Source: Blepharisma stoltei ATCC 30299
Taxonomy: Eukaryota; Protista; Ciliophora
Direction: 5' to 3'
Length of the DNA: 64,000 nucleotides
Assembly (NCBI GenBank): GCA_965603825.1
Contig: CBFDEM010000047.1
Location: 682,001 to 746,000, forward strand
Made by a program: the position numbers and the translations under genes. The notes below the pieces were generated by a model that made no database searches, was not told the origin of the DNA, and saw nothing but the letters and a program-made list of their open reading frames with translations. Shown here piece after piece: positions 24,585-37,391 of this stretch (its first letter is position 1; the number at the start of each line of letters is the position of its first letter).

Positions 24585-26042
24585 CTAGTTACTTCGCTTT
24601 AATGTCTCTTTATGGTCCAATTTCATTTTTTTAGTTAATCTTTCGGCTAATTTTTTTTTTGAGAGCTCATTATCAGAAAAATTAGATTTCTGAAGCCACG
24701 GATGATCTAATATTTCTTTTGCAAAAGGTCTTGATTTAGGGTTCGGCTCCATCAATTTCATAACAAATCGAATACCTTTTTTAGACACATGCCTTCAAAT
24801 TTCTTTTTGAAAAGAAATAACACCTTCTCGATTTTTACGCAGAATTTCTACTGTATTTCTGCCGCTGAATGGCATTTTTCCGGATAATAGGATATAAAAA
24901 ATAACGCCTGAGCTAAAAATATCAGCTTTGAAATCATATGGCAGCTTTCTTAGAATTTCTGGAGCTATATAGCCAGGAGAGCCGCACCTAATTAGCGAAT
25001 TCTCATTTAATTCAGCTGCAACCCCAAAATCAGCTAATTTGAAATCGTAATCGTTATCCTCAGAAGTCATTAGAATGTTTTCTAACTTAATGTCACGGTG
25101 AATGATATTAAGGGAGCTTAAATAGTCAAGCACACTTAATAGTTCTCTAGCAAGCCGAGTTACTGTCTTCTCATCAAACCTTTTTTTTGGACTTATTCTT
25201 GCAAATAAATTATCATGTTCTACATAGTCAAGTATTAAACATATATGGTTTGGGCACTCATAAACATCATGGATTTTAATTATGTTCGGGTGACTGAGTT
25301 TTCTGATCACCTTAATTTCGTTTACAAGATTTTCTAGGCCCATATCATTTTTTATTAAGTCTTCCTTATTGATTGCTTTTACAGCATATTGCTTTCCTGT
25401 AGAATTGCTATTAGCAAGATATACTTTTCCAACAGTTCCACGCCCGATTTCATTCAATAAAGTAAAATCGTCAGAAAAACTTGCTAATGCATCAATTGAA
25501 GCTCAATAATCTTGCTTAGTTCTGTTGATTGCCGAACTTTCTGAAATTGACTCTTTATACAGATGTTGTATAAGCCAAAATTGTAATATACCTTTAATTT
25601 CTTCTTTAGAAGTCTGAAATTCTTCTGATTTAGTTAAAATCTTACCAACATTGACTTCATCTTTTATTTTATTTATCAAATTTGTGTTCAACAGCAGCAA
25701 AGCAGCTATCCACTCATCAAGTTTTTCTATATTTTCTACATAAAACTTCCGTAAAGCTTCATTATTACTAATTGAGAACCCAAATAGTTCTATTTGACCT
25801 ATGGACTCTGTAAACGGTTTTATTATTTTTTTATCCAATAAAGCAATTTTATTGGCCGAATTCGGGGTTATCTTTATAAGATATTTTTGAGCTAATGCTA
25901 GCTCACATGATTTAAAGGTCCCTTTCTTGGATTTTAGAAAAACTGTGCCTTGAAAGATTCTTTCTATAGTGTTGCTATTATCAAACTTTCAAAAATTACT
26001 GGATCCTTGAATCTTGGCATTTATAAGTTCAATTTAAAACAT
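24585..26042 (-). pseudogene. PH-CaMK kinase copy 2 with TAA at codon 3 (recent pseudogene, or sequencing error)
   Basis: ATG TTT TAA ATT (26042-26031) versus paralogue ATG TCT TCA ATT (28786-28775). The rest of the frame is open to TAG 24585 with intact kinase motifs. Confidence 0.7.
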
Positions 26043-27349
26043 TTATTATAATTATTATTGATTTTTACCATCCAATATTATAAAATTTTTTTTCAGCTAG
26101 TTAATATGCATATTTAATCTAGAACAAAAATAAAAATTCCATTTTGAGAAATCGAGAACAGAAAATGAAAAAAAATTCTTACTTCGTTTGGCAAGTCTAT
26201 ATATTATAGACGATTTTTATCCTTGAGTGATAGCTAGTAAATGCTCTATTTAATTATAAAAATAAAAAATATTTATTTAGATGAAATTGAAGAATTTTAG
26301 GCTTCATAAATTAAGAATTTATGTTATCTACAAAATATATGCATTAAAATTAAACTTTTCAGATACTTAAGTTAAAAGTTAATAGGCATTGTTGGAGATT
26401 TCATTGCAATCACTGTTATTTTATTATTACATTATTTTAACACCAATTTTTCAGCATTTATCTCTTTAATTATTTAAACTGAATAAATAATTTTTAACCA
26501 AGTTGAATCTTTTCTCTATAATCTTTCATTCATTCTGCAGTTCTCTGTGAATATAATACAATTCAGGCACCATTATTTTTAATAATATTGTCAAGAATTC
26601 CACATTTCTCTAATCAATTAAAAAATACCTCATCAGATCGAAAGGCAACTGATTTATTTTTCCTTCGCTTAATATTTAGTATGGATTTTCAAACCTCATT
26701 CTACCCCTTACTCTTGCTCTGCATACTTTCAAGCATTGACTGCTTTCTCTCAGTGTCCAGTGTGCCATTTGCATCATCTTGATTTATTATCAATTTAACT
26801 TTTTATATAAAAATAGATTTTTAATGCTTTATTGAGAGTTTATTTCCTAAAAAAGTTAAAATAGTAAAATTTTTACTTTTTTAGTAAAATCCAAATTTTT
26901 CTAGCAAAGAAATTTCACGGCTTTGCATTTTCAGCAGACAAAATAAAAATAAATAAAAAATGAAATCGGCTCCTAATTATAGTTTAGAGCATAAAAGAAT
27001 GCAATATTCATCTTTAAACTTAGCCTTACATTTCTAGAACTTTATTTTATTCAATGTGTTTTATAAATACTTTAGTCATCAAAATGAGCTTGTTTTATTC
27101 TAATCATGTATGGAAAAAGTTCAATTTGTAGTTTGTCTAATTCTAAATAATCACTGACATTATTATTAATAAAAAATAATATAAGAAGATTAAGAATTCA
27201 AATCGTAAATAATATTTCAAATTCATTTTCTAAAAAATTAATATTTAAATATTTTATAAATTAATCATTATCGAGCTATAATTTCTATCTATTTGGTTTA
27301 AAATTTAATAATTAAATATTTTCAATACAATAAAATTATGCCTTATTAT

Positions 27350-28786
27350 TTAAGGTCCGATTTTCATTTTTTTATTCACGCTCTCCGCTAATGTTTTATT
27401 TGAGAGCTTTTTATCAAGTTTATTTAGTCCTCGCTGAAGCCACGGATCACCCAATGCTTCTTTTGCAAAGGGTCTTAATTTATGATTAGGTTCCATCAAT
27501 TTCATAATAAATCGAATACCTTTTTTAGACACATGCCTTCAAATTTCATTTTGAAATGAAACAATACCGTCTCGATTTTTACGTAGAATTTCTATTGTAT
27601 TTCTGCCACTAAATGGCATTTTTCCGGATAATAGTATATAAAAAATGACACCTGAGCTAAAAATATCAGCTTTGAAATCATATGACAACTTTCTTAGAAT
27701 CTCAGGAGCTATATAGCCAGGAGAGCCACACCTTGTTAGTGAATTCTCATTTAATTCAGCTGCAAGCCCAAAATCAGCTAATTTGAAATCGTAATCGTTA
27801 TCCTCAGAAGTCATTAGAATGTTTTCTAACTTAATGTCACGGTGAATAATATTAAGGGAGCTTAAATAGTCAAGCACACTTAATAGTTTTGTAGCAAACC
27901 GGGCTACGGTATTCTCATCAAATGCTTTTTTTTCAATAATTCTTGAAAATAAATTATCATGCTCAACGTAGTCAAGTATTAAGCATATATGGTTTGAGCA
28001 CTCATAAACATCATGGATTTTAATTATGTTCGGGTGATTGAGTTTTCTCATTACCTTAATTTCGTTTACGAGATTTTCTAGGCCCATCTCATTTTTTGCT
28101 AAGTCTTCCTTATTGATAGCTTTTACAGCAAATTGCTTTCCTGTAGAATTATTATTAGCAAGATACACCTTGCCAACAGTTCCGTGTCCTATTTCATTCA
28201 GTAAGGTAAAATCGTCAGAAAAATTCGTTAATGCATAAACTGAAGTTAAATATTCTTGCTTAGTATTTTTTATGGACAAAGCTTCAGGAATTGTCTCTTT
28301 ATATTGGTTTTTTATAAGACAAGACAATGAAATACCATCAGATTCTTCTTTAGAATTCTGAAGTTCTTCTGAAGTCACCATAGTGTTTTGAATATTACGG
28401 TCATCTTTTATTTTTCTCATAAAATTTTTATTCAACACTTGGAAAGCAGCAAGCCATTCATAAAGTTTTTCTCTATTTTCTACATAAAACCTTTGAGAAA
28501 CTTCACTATCACTTATTTTAAACCCAAATAGTTCTGTCTGATCAATAGCTTCTGTAAAAGGTTCTATGATTTTTTTATCCAATAAAGCGACTTTATTGGC
28601 CGAATTCGGAATTATCTTTATAAGATAGTTTTGAGCAAGTGCTAGCTCACATGATTTAAAGGCCGCATTCTTAGACTTTAGAAAAATCTTGCCTTGAAAA
28701 ACTGTTTCTATAGTAATGTTATTAGTAAAATTTCAAAAATTGCTTGATTCCTTATTCGTGGTATTTAAGGACTGAATTGAAGACAT
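27350..28786 (-). CDS. PH-CaMK kinase copy 3, 478 aa
   Basis: GHGTVG, HRDIKLEN, DFG, CGSPGYIAPE; two TGA=Trp. Shares a ~55-60 aa linker insertion with copy 2. Confidence 0.92.
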
Positions 28787-29997
28787 TTATTTTTATTACT
28801 GATATTTATTTTTCTAATTTTATAAAATTCTGAGCCTTTTTAATTAGTTAATATAGATGTAGTTAATTTTAATTCTTAATTAATATTTGATCACATTTTA
28901 AAGGATAGAGAACAGAAAATTAAAAAAAAAACCTCATAGTTTGAAAAGTCCACACATTATCTATGAATTTTAATCCTTGAGTGATATTTAGTAAATGCTA
29001 AAACTCAATTATAGAAATAAAGAAATATTTTTTTAGATTTAAATCAAAAAAATTTTCGCTTTATAATTTAAGAATTCACATCATCTCTGCAAAAACTCAA
29101 AATTTGCATATACTTAGAGAAATTCTTGTAAATAATCCAAATTCTGATAAAAAATAATATTAGAAAATAAAACCAATGACTCTTAATTTTTAAATGCAAC
29201 TTTTTTGGTTTTTTGTAATTATTGGCATTCCTATCCTCCAAAATCGGTTTTCATTTTATAAAAACTAATTTACTGTTTTTTTAGTTAAAAAGTAAATTGA
29301 AAGAAAATTCTTTATTAATTATTGGTAAAATTATAAAATCGCTAGAATTAATATTATTAAATTTCGTGCTCGTTTTTGTTTGTATTTTCAATTAATGCTC
29401 TTTTTTTAATTTTTAAAGCTCCCCACTTTAAAATGTAAAATTCTATTTTGAGGGCACTAAAATAATTTTTTCGCTTAGGTTTTCTTTAATTTACTAATTG
29501 CCTATCAATCTTGTTCAAAAAATTAATTAGAGCATGGCTCCTTCATTCAGTTTTATAATTATTTTATTACTCTAAAAGTATGCATAAGACTTTCACATAT
29601 ATATTAATCATAAGACTTGAAATCGCCTTTTTCTGGCAAACAATACATAATAGCATGGCTTTACCAGATTGAATTGTCACAAATCGAGATTTTAGCCTCC
29701 TATGAAGAAGAAAGAATAACGCATGCCCATAAATTTTACGCTATTCATGAGTTTTCTCATCTTAAACTTTCTAGCCTTGCTTTTTATATAGAATTTTTTT
29801 CTTTTTTAATCCTTAGCATCTATAATCCCCTTTTCAAATTTTTATCAGTATGAAAATCACACTATTTCTATTTTTATTCAATAATTAAACAAAAAATCTA
29901 GTTTTAAAAAGTGTTTTTAGCCAGAAAAATATCCTAATTATTTTTGAATAATATAGACAAATTTATATTACTATTTATTTACATAGTTTACTTATTC

Positions 29998-31257
29998 CTA
30001 AAGTTTTGATAGCTTTCTATGTATAATTATCCTCTCTTCTGCTACTTTTGTTTCACTTTTATGTAATTTTTTTACATCATCTATAACTACTCTACTTTCG
30101 TTAAAAAATGGATGTTTGAGAAGGTCTCTTGCATAGCCTCTACGACAAGGATCTTTGTTCAAAATTTTAGTCACAAATGCTAAGCAGTTCATTGAAACCT
30201 CTCTCCAAATTTGTTCTTCGAAATTTAATTTACATTCTTTATTCTTTACTAGTATATCTTGGGCTGTCTTTCCAAAAAAGGGCATTTTTCCGCTAATTAA
30301 TATATATAAAACAATGCCTGTACTGAAAAGATCTGCTTTTGTTCCATATGGAAGCCCATTTATTACCTCAGGAGCAATATACCCTGGAGATCCGCATTTT
30401 TTGAAGAGATCCCCTGTTGCTTCTTCAGCTAACCCAAAGTCAGCTAACTTGAATTCATAATCGTTGTGTTCAGAAACCATTAGGATATTTTCTAATTTAA
30501 TATCCCTATGTACAATGTTTAATGAGTCGAGATATTCAAGAACTCCCATTAGCCTATGACTGAGTTTTACTATTGTTTCCATAGTAAATCTTTTCTTTTT
30601 TATTATTCTTGTAAACATGCAACCTCCTCTGACAAAGTCTTCTACTAAGTATACATGAGTATTACTTTCGTAAACTCTATGCAATTTTACTATATTTGGG
30701 TGGATGCATTTTCTCATAATTTTTATTTCATTTGTCAGAGAGTTTAGTAATTCTGAATCCTTTAAAAGGCGGTCTTTTTTTATTGCCTTTACTGCATATC
30801 TTTCGAAATCTTCATTGCTCTCTGCAAGGAAAACTTGAGCGAATTTGCCTGTTCCAATCAGTTTTATGAATTCATAGTCATCTTCTATGTCTGTTTTTAT
30901 GCACAGACTGGATAATTTTTCGATCCAACTGTCTAAGAATTTAACATCAGACACATAGAAATCTCGGGAGTGCTGGTTATGACCTAACCTAAAACCATAA
31001 TGATTGCCCGTTTCATCATGCTCAACAAAAGGCTCGAGGATCTTTCACTCAATCGGGACCATTTTCTTAGGCGAGGAACTCAAATTTATTAAGAATTTCG
31101 GAGTTAAAGTATATTCTCCTTCTTTGAGAATTTTCTGCTTAGACATCTCATACAACTTGCCTCTGAAAATCTCACAAGAGTCAATATGGTCATATGGCAT
31201 CCAAAATTTCCAAATCCCTTGAGCTTGGTGGTCAGCAATTTCAAATATTGTGTTCAT
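29998..31257 (-). CDS. PH-CaMK kinase copy 4, 419 aa
   Basis: Fragments joined by PIEW(TGA)K. GTGKFA, HRDIKLEN, DFG, CGSPGYIAPE. Confidence 0.92.
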
Positions 31258-33233
31258 TATTTATTATTAGATTGCATCACTGCCAAGAAGAGTTATTTAC
31301 CTCTAAAAATGGTTGGAATATAGCTAAGACACAAAATTAATTAAATTAATTGGTTTTTTAGATAGCCTTCTTGGGTAGAGTATCTGATCTCAAAGTTGAT
31401 TAATAATTTATTTTACTTTTTGTTGTAATTTAGAATTTTCGAGACTGATTTATATTTTTTTTTTTCTTAACCTAGTAAAAGCATTCCTTTAAGAAATTCT
31501 CAAAGACTGCCTTTGACTAATACCTGCTCTTAAGATTTATATTGATCGCATATTATGGTGAATTTAAAACCCAGCCACTTTACCAAAAAAAGGGAAAATT
31601 TTGATTAAAGCGAAAAACAAAAGAAGATTAAGGCTAAGCTTTTAGATTTAAATTTACTTTAATTTCTAGACATTAGAATAAAAATTAATACTTGCTGTGT
31701 GAGATAAAGACCATAATAATCATTTTGAATTAGAAGGTGCCTAAGCTGGTTTATAGTTGAAAGCATTCTAACCGTTTCCTGATTTCTATAAGATAAGAAA
31801 TGCAACTACTTATAAATAGATACGTATTTTATTGAAGTTACCTATCAATCTATTTAATATAGCAATTACAAGATTTAAGAAAATATTTTTGAATGACAAA
31901 TACGCTTATTTCTTTATAAGAAGTATTAAGGATTCCCTATAAATAGGCTAAATTTTAGCTTCAGGAGTTTTTAGGGTAGAAGCAACAATAGGTCGACATT
32001 TTTAACCAGTAAACATAGACATATTAAAATTCAGGGATAGCTGATAACAAAATGGGAGATAAAGCCATTTTTCTTTCTAAATTAAAATATTTAATTAGCA
32101 TATCAGTTCCATATCAGTGAGTTGTCGTTGCATACAGTCATAATAAGCTCATCAGATCGAAATTTAGAAATATTCATAAATAATTAACTTTATTGATTGA
32201 AAAAAGAGGAATAAATGAATGCATGATTGCTTTTGATTCATAAAAATTTAACAATATTGAGCCACTATCGACTATAAAGGAAGGCTGCTCTAATATATTA
32301 TTTGCTAATCTTCTTATTTTTTTTAGCTTTTAGATAATCTAATAAAGAGCTAAATAATACCCTTCTCAATAAGAATTAAGCTTATTTTATTAAATACCTG
32401 ATCAGAACTTCAATTCCCAGATATTTCTTATCAAGTACGTGATTAAGTTTAATCAATTGACAACTATCTATGGTGAGTTTAATAGCTAGTTTAATAATAA
32501 AACTTGCAGGCGAACTTCATAAATTTTATATTCGCCAGGCCATGCAGCCATATTATTGATCAACTGAAGTATTAAAACATGCCTATTATTAGCTGCAGGC
32601 TTATTTTTAAAATTTAAATAAAACAAACTACCAGCAAGGCTTCCAATCTACTCTTTGATAAATATAAAAAAATTGTAACTTTTGATGATATTATAATATG
32701 GCAAAAATATAATTATTAGATGATTGCAAGATTAATGGGTATTTGCTTATTTGGGAAGCCAATGCGAAATAAGTTATATTGAGATTAAAATTGAAATTTT
32801 ATAAAAGCTAAGAGTCTATTAGATGCAAGAATTATTCCTAAAAATGGTAAAGTTATATTTGAAATTTTTCTTATACAATAATTGCAAAATTATGTATGTT
32901 ACATTTTTATAATAAAATAGAGATGGATTTATATCATAATAATGCATTTATAACAATAGCTTTTAAATTGCTATTGAAGAAATACCCAAATTTTCTGGAG
33001 CTGTTAATGCCCTTACTCCTTTAATTAATTGCACTCTCGTCTAATTTCGAGCTTCCCTAAGATTTATTTTAATTTTTTCTCTTATTATTATAATTATTTG
33101 ATATTATTTAGTCAATTTAAATATTCTTGAAAATTTAGCGATTAAGTTGATTTTCCCCAAAAATTATATAAATATACATATTCTAACTCTAAAATCTTAA
33201 TTACATTATTCTTCATACCAATCTTTGTAGGCT

Positions 33234-34463
33234 TTATTCCTCCCTTTTTTCCTCCGATTTTATTATTGGACTTGTCTTTATTTTCTCCATTTTTGAGCTT
33301 GTTTCAGACAGCCATGGGTGATCTAGCATGTCTCTTGCAGTGCTTCTACAATTTTGATCCTTTTGCACCAGTCTAACCAAGAAGCTTAAGCAGTTGTGAG
33401 GAACATAGTTTCAGATGATTTCCTGGAAATTTAATTTACAGTCTTTATTCTTGCATAATATATCCTGAGAAGTCTTCCCATTAAAAGGCATTTTCCCAGT
33501 TAGTAAAATATAGAGCACAATCCCAAAGCTAAAAACATCTACCTTAGTTCCATATGGAAGCCCTTGCAGTATTTCAGGAGCAATATAGCCTGGGGATCCA
33601 CATTTTTTGTGGAGATCCCCTGATGCTTCTTCTGAAAGTCCAAAATCAGCGAGCTTAAAGTCATAATCGTTGCCCTCGGAGACCATAAGGATGTTTTCAA
33701 GCTTAATGTCTCTATGCACAATATTTATAGAGTCGAGATATTCCAGCACCTCCATAAATTTATAGCTTAATCTTAATATCGCTTCGTCATCGAATTTTTT
33801 CTTTTGAAGTATTCTATTGAACAAGTCTCCTCCTTCTGCATAGTCTATGACTAAATGCACATGGGTTTCACTCTCATAGACTCTGTGTAATTTGGCTATG
33901 TTTGGGTGATTGCATTTTCTCATATTTTTTATTTCGTTGATTAGTAAATCAACAAATTCGGAATTTTCTAGAAGGTAACTTTTTTTGATTGATTTTATGG
34001 CGAATTTTTTCATGTCTCCAACTCTTTCTGCAAGAAAAATCTTGGCTGATCTACCTTTGCCTATTGGTTTTATAAAGTCATAGTCATCTTCTATGTCTGT
34101 CATTATGCAAACTTTCGACAATTTTTCTATTCATTTCTCTAAAGAATTAATGTCAAAAACATAAAAATCTTTATAATTCCCTGTATGGCCTAGTCTAAAA
34201 CCATATCGAACTTCGCTTTTATTTTCTTCAATAAATGGATCAACAATTTTTCATTCAATTGGAACCATTTTTTGTCTGCCTAGCTTATTTTTCACTAGAA
34301 ATTTCTCTGTTAAACTAAAAAATCTCTTTTTAAGAACTCTTGATTTAGATAGTTCATACAAATGGTTGCCAAAGATTTCATCCATATGATCCTCTTGGTA
34401 TTGCCCCCAGAACTCTAAATTTCGCTGCATTTGTCTGTCTGCGTTAACAAAAACTGAATTCAT
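33234..34463 (-). CDS. PH-CaMK kinase copy 5, 409 aa
   Basis: ATG 34463 (MNSVF); three TGA=Trp; kinase motifs intact; DHPWL; TAA 33234-33236. Confidence 0.9.
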
Positions 34464-35130
34464 TATTTTATAAGCCACAAAAATTTACTGATTAAATAAG
34501 TTGATTTATTACTAAAAATGGCTAGAAGTCATAAGCTTTTGAAAAAAGTGACCTATACGAATAAAAATTAGATTTTTGAGCTTTCATTTTAGTGACTCTA
34601 TTAATTTTAATCTTCTATTGGATTTCTAGAAAAAATTGAAATAAACTAAAAGCTATGAAATTTTTGGTGTTTTAAGAGAATTTTGAAAATATCATATAAA
34701 AACTTTAAACTATCCATATAAATTTTGTTTTTTAAAGATTTTTAGCCTGCCTTGATAAGATTTGTAAGCCATTTTATTAAGACGACAAAGTTATTTTTCT
34801 GAGGTCACTTCATAAAGATGGGATATAAGGCAAACAATATTATAACTAGAAATCCTGCAAAATAAATTATTTAAATTTAAATTTCTAAATATAATAATGA
34901 AATTTGATATTTTATGTTAAAAGCCAGCTTTTTATGATAAATTCAAAATTTTTTTGTTTTCAGTTATCTTTTTAAACTTCTTTATTCTTGCAAAAATAGC
35001 TTATATACAAATTCTAATCACTATTTAAACATCCAAAAATTAAATTTCGATCAATAAAGTATAATCACAAATAAATTAATTTAAAAAATCACAATTTATT
35101 ATAAATCATGATATTATTTTATCAATTTAT

Positions 35131-36366
35131 TTAAAATTTTATTTTCTTCCTGATTTCTTCTGCACATGAGTTTATGTCTTTAGTTTCTTGTAATTTAAAT
35201 TCATTTTCAGAAAATCATGGATGATTCAAGAGGTCTCTTGCATTTGCCCTAAAATTTTGGTCTCTCTGCAGAAGATTAGAGACAAAGGATAAGCAATTCT
35301 TTGTAAGGTTCTTCCAAATAGACTCTTGGAAAGCTATTTTGCAGTCTTTATTTCTTAATAAAATATCACGAGTTGTTTTCCCTCCAAATGGCATTTTCCC
35401 AGTTAATAAAATAAATAGGACAACTCCAGCGCTGAACAGGTCTACTTTGGTTCCATATGGAATGCCGGTTATTATTTCAGGTGCTATATACCCAGGAGAC
35501 CCACACTTTTTGTAAAGAGATCCAATGACTTCTTCTGACAGCCCAAAATCGGCTAATTTGAAGTCGTAGTCATTGCCCTCAGAGACCATTAAAATGTTCT
35601 CAAGCTTTATATCTCTGTGAACAATATTTAAAGAGTCCAGATAACTGAGGACACTCATCAGCCTATAGCTAAGCTGAAGTATTGTTTCTTCAGTGAACCT
35701 TTTCCTCTTTATTATTCTTGTAAAAAGGTCTCCTCCTTCTGCGTAATCTAGGACGAGATAAATATGAGTCCCACTCTCATAAACTCTATGAAGCTTCAAA
35801 ATATTTGGGTGGTTACATTGCCTCATAATTTTTATTTCGTTGGTTAAGTTTCTTAAAATGTCTGGATTTTCTACTAATTTGATTTTTGTGATAGCTTTAA
35901 TCGCGTATTGCTTATTATTATTAGCTCTTTCTGCTAGAAAAATCTGAGCAGATTGGCCTTTTCCAATTGGTTTTATAAAATAATAATCATTTTCTATATC
36001 TGTCATTATGCACAAGTCAGACATTTTTTCAATTCAAATTTCAAGACTTTTGGTGTCGGGCACGTAAAAGTCCTTCATGTGGCCGATATGGCCTAGCCTG
36101 AAACCGTAGCGAGGAGCATTTCTGCTTTCTTCAACAAAAGGCTCCATAACCTTTCATTCAAGAGGAACCATTTTTTGAGTATTTTGGTTTGATTTTATTA
36201 GGAATTTTGAGGTCAAGCTATAGCTGCCTTCCTCAAGAATTTTTGACTTGCCCACCCTATACAAATGGCCATTATATATTTCATTTTCCCCATTTTGGAC
36301 GTTGGTAATCCAAAACTTACAAGTTCCTTGGGCAAGACTGTCGATATTTTCGAATACTGAATTCAT
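35131..36366 (-). CDS. PH-CaMK kinase copy 6, 411 aa
   Basis: ATG 36366 (MNSVFE); TGA at the kinase C-lobe HPW; TAA 35131-35133. Confidence 0.9.
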
Positions 36367-36801
36367 TATATTATAAGTGATCAATACATTTACTGTACAA
36401 AAAAGCTAATTAATCAGAAAATGGCAAAAATAAAATAATTTTAGATTGAAGATTCTTATAGTATGCATAAAGACTAAAATGGTAACTTGGAACTGAATTT
36501 TCAATTTTTATTTCAAAGTATTTATATCGAAATTAACGATGTCCCATTCCTAAAAGCTCAAGAAATGAAGCCATACACAGTTAATTTTATTATTAGAACT
36601 TAGATTTTTCTAGAATCCATTTTTTATTCGAAATTTTCTAAAATTGATTAAATAACTAGAGTCTCAAAATTGAATCTAATTTTAAATATTTTTATGCATC
36701 AGTATCAATTATGAGTTTTTATCTGCTAAAATCGAAATTATTTTTCAATTTCTGCTATAGTTATATTTTTGAAAATTCTTGCTTTAATATTAAATGGAAT
36801 T

Positions 36802-37391
36802 GAAGCTGGAAATTACCAGTGTTGAGATAGCAGAGGCTGAAATATTTTTTATACAAAATATTTCTAAATCTGTTCTGGCTGGTAATAAAATTGCTTTTGT
36901 AGTTTTATTTTATAAAAATGGGTAGCTAGCTGCTTTATTGATCTAAAGGTGAATAATGCTAGGCATCTTGAGTTAAAATTGGAAAATTTGCATATTTAAT
37001 TTTTGTCTCTTGATTATTAGGCTAGATTAGCATTTTTCACCCCTAAACGCTTATTGCCTTAGAGGGAGCAGAAAGTACCTTTTTCTACAGCAAGAAAAAG
37101 TTCGATTAACTAGTTTTACTTTTATAATTTTGGAGCCTATAAAATTGGAGAGCTGGGTGAAAATCCCAGTTTCTTGCTAGGCAGATGGCCTATTCGAGAC
37201 CTTTGATGGCCTACCATTTTCAGGGTTTTTAACTTTGGATAATTCTGAGCCTTAATATTTCCATTTTTCATAGTGAATCGTCTGTCATATATAAAGGATT
37301 TTCGACCCTTTTCTGTGGCCTAATCCCACATCAGGCGTTCCAATGAGTGTTTAGGAAATTGGTTCTAAGTGTTTATCTGCCAGACTTTTTT
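36802..37391 (+). ncRNA. Candidate ~590-nt multi-domain structured RNA ending in a T6 run
   Basis: Four consecutive nested helical domains (36812-36886, 36914-37084, 37150-37172, 37180-37381) with many G-U pairs. No long ORF. Family not recognised. Confidence 0.5.

Larger units (their letters stand above)
24585..29080. repeat. Tandem duplication of kinase copies 2 and 3 including upstream DNA (~24585-26330 and ~27350-29080)
   Basis: Long near-identical coding stretches. Shared upstream blocks GAGAACAGAAAAT and TCCTTGAGTGATA...AGTAAATGCT. Confidence 0.85.

Noticed and set aside
29617-29853. 78-aa + strand ORF in the kinase spacer
   Set aside because: Non-ATG start and no recognisable motif.
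26629-32162. Shared 15-mer CTCATCAGATCGAAA (26629 and 32148), whose reverse complement contains the hammerhead core CTGATGA
   Set aside because: No stem II-GAAA-stem III arrangement follows, and a single 15-mer match in 64 kb can arise by chance.
37038-37048. CACCCCTAAAC as a possible telomerase template
   Set aside because: It does not match the CCCTAACA repeat I recall for Blepharisma, and it partly lies in a predicted stem.
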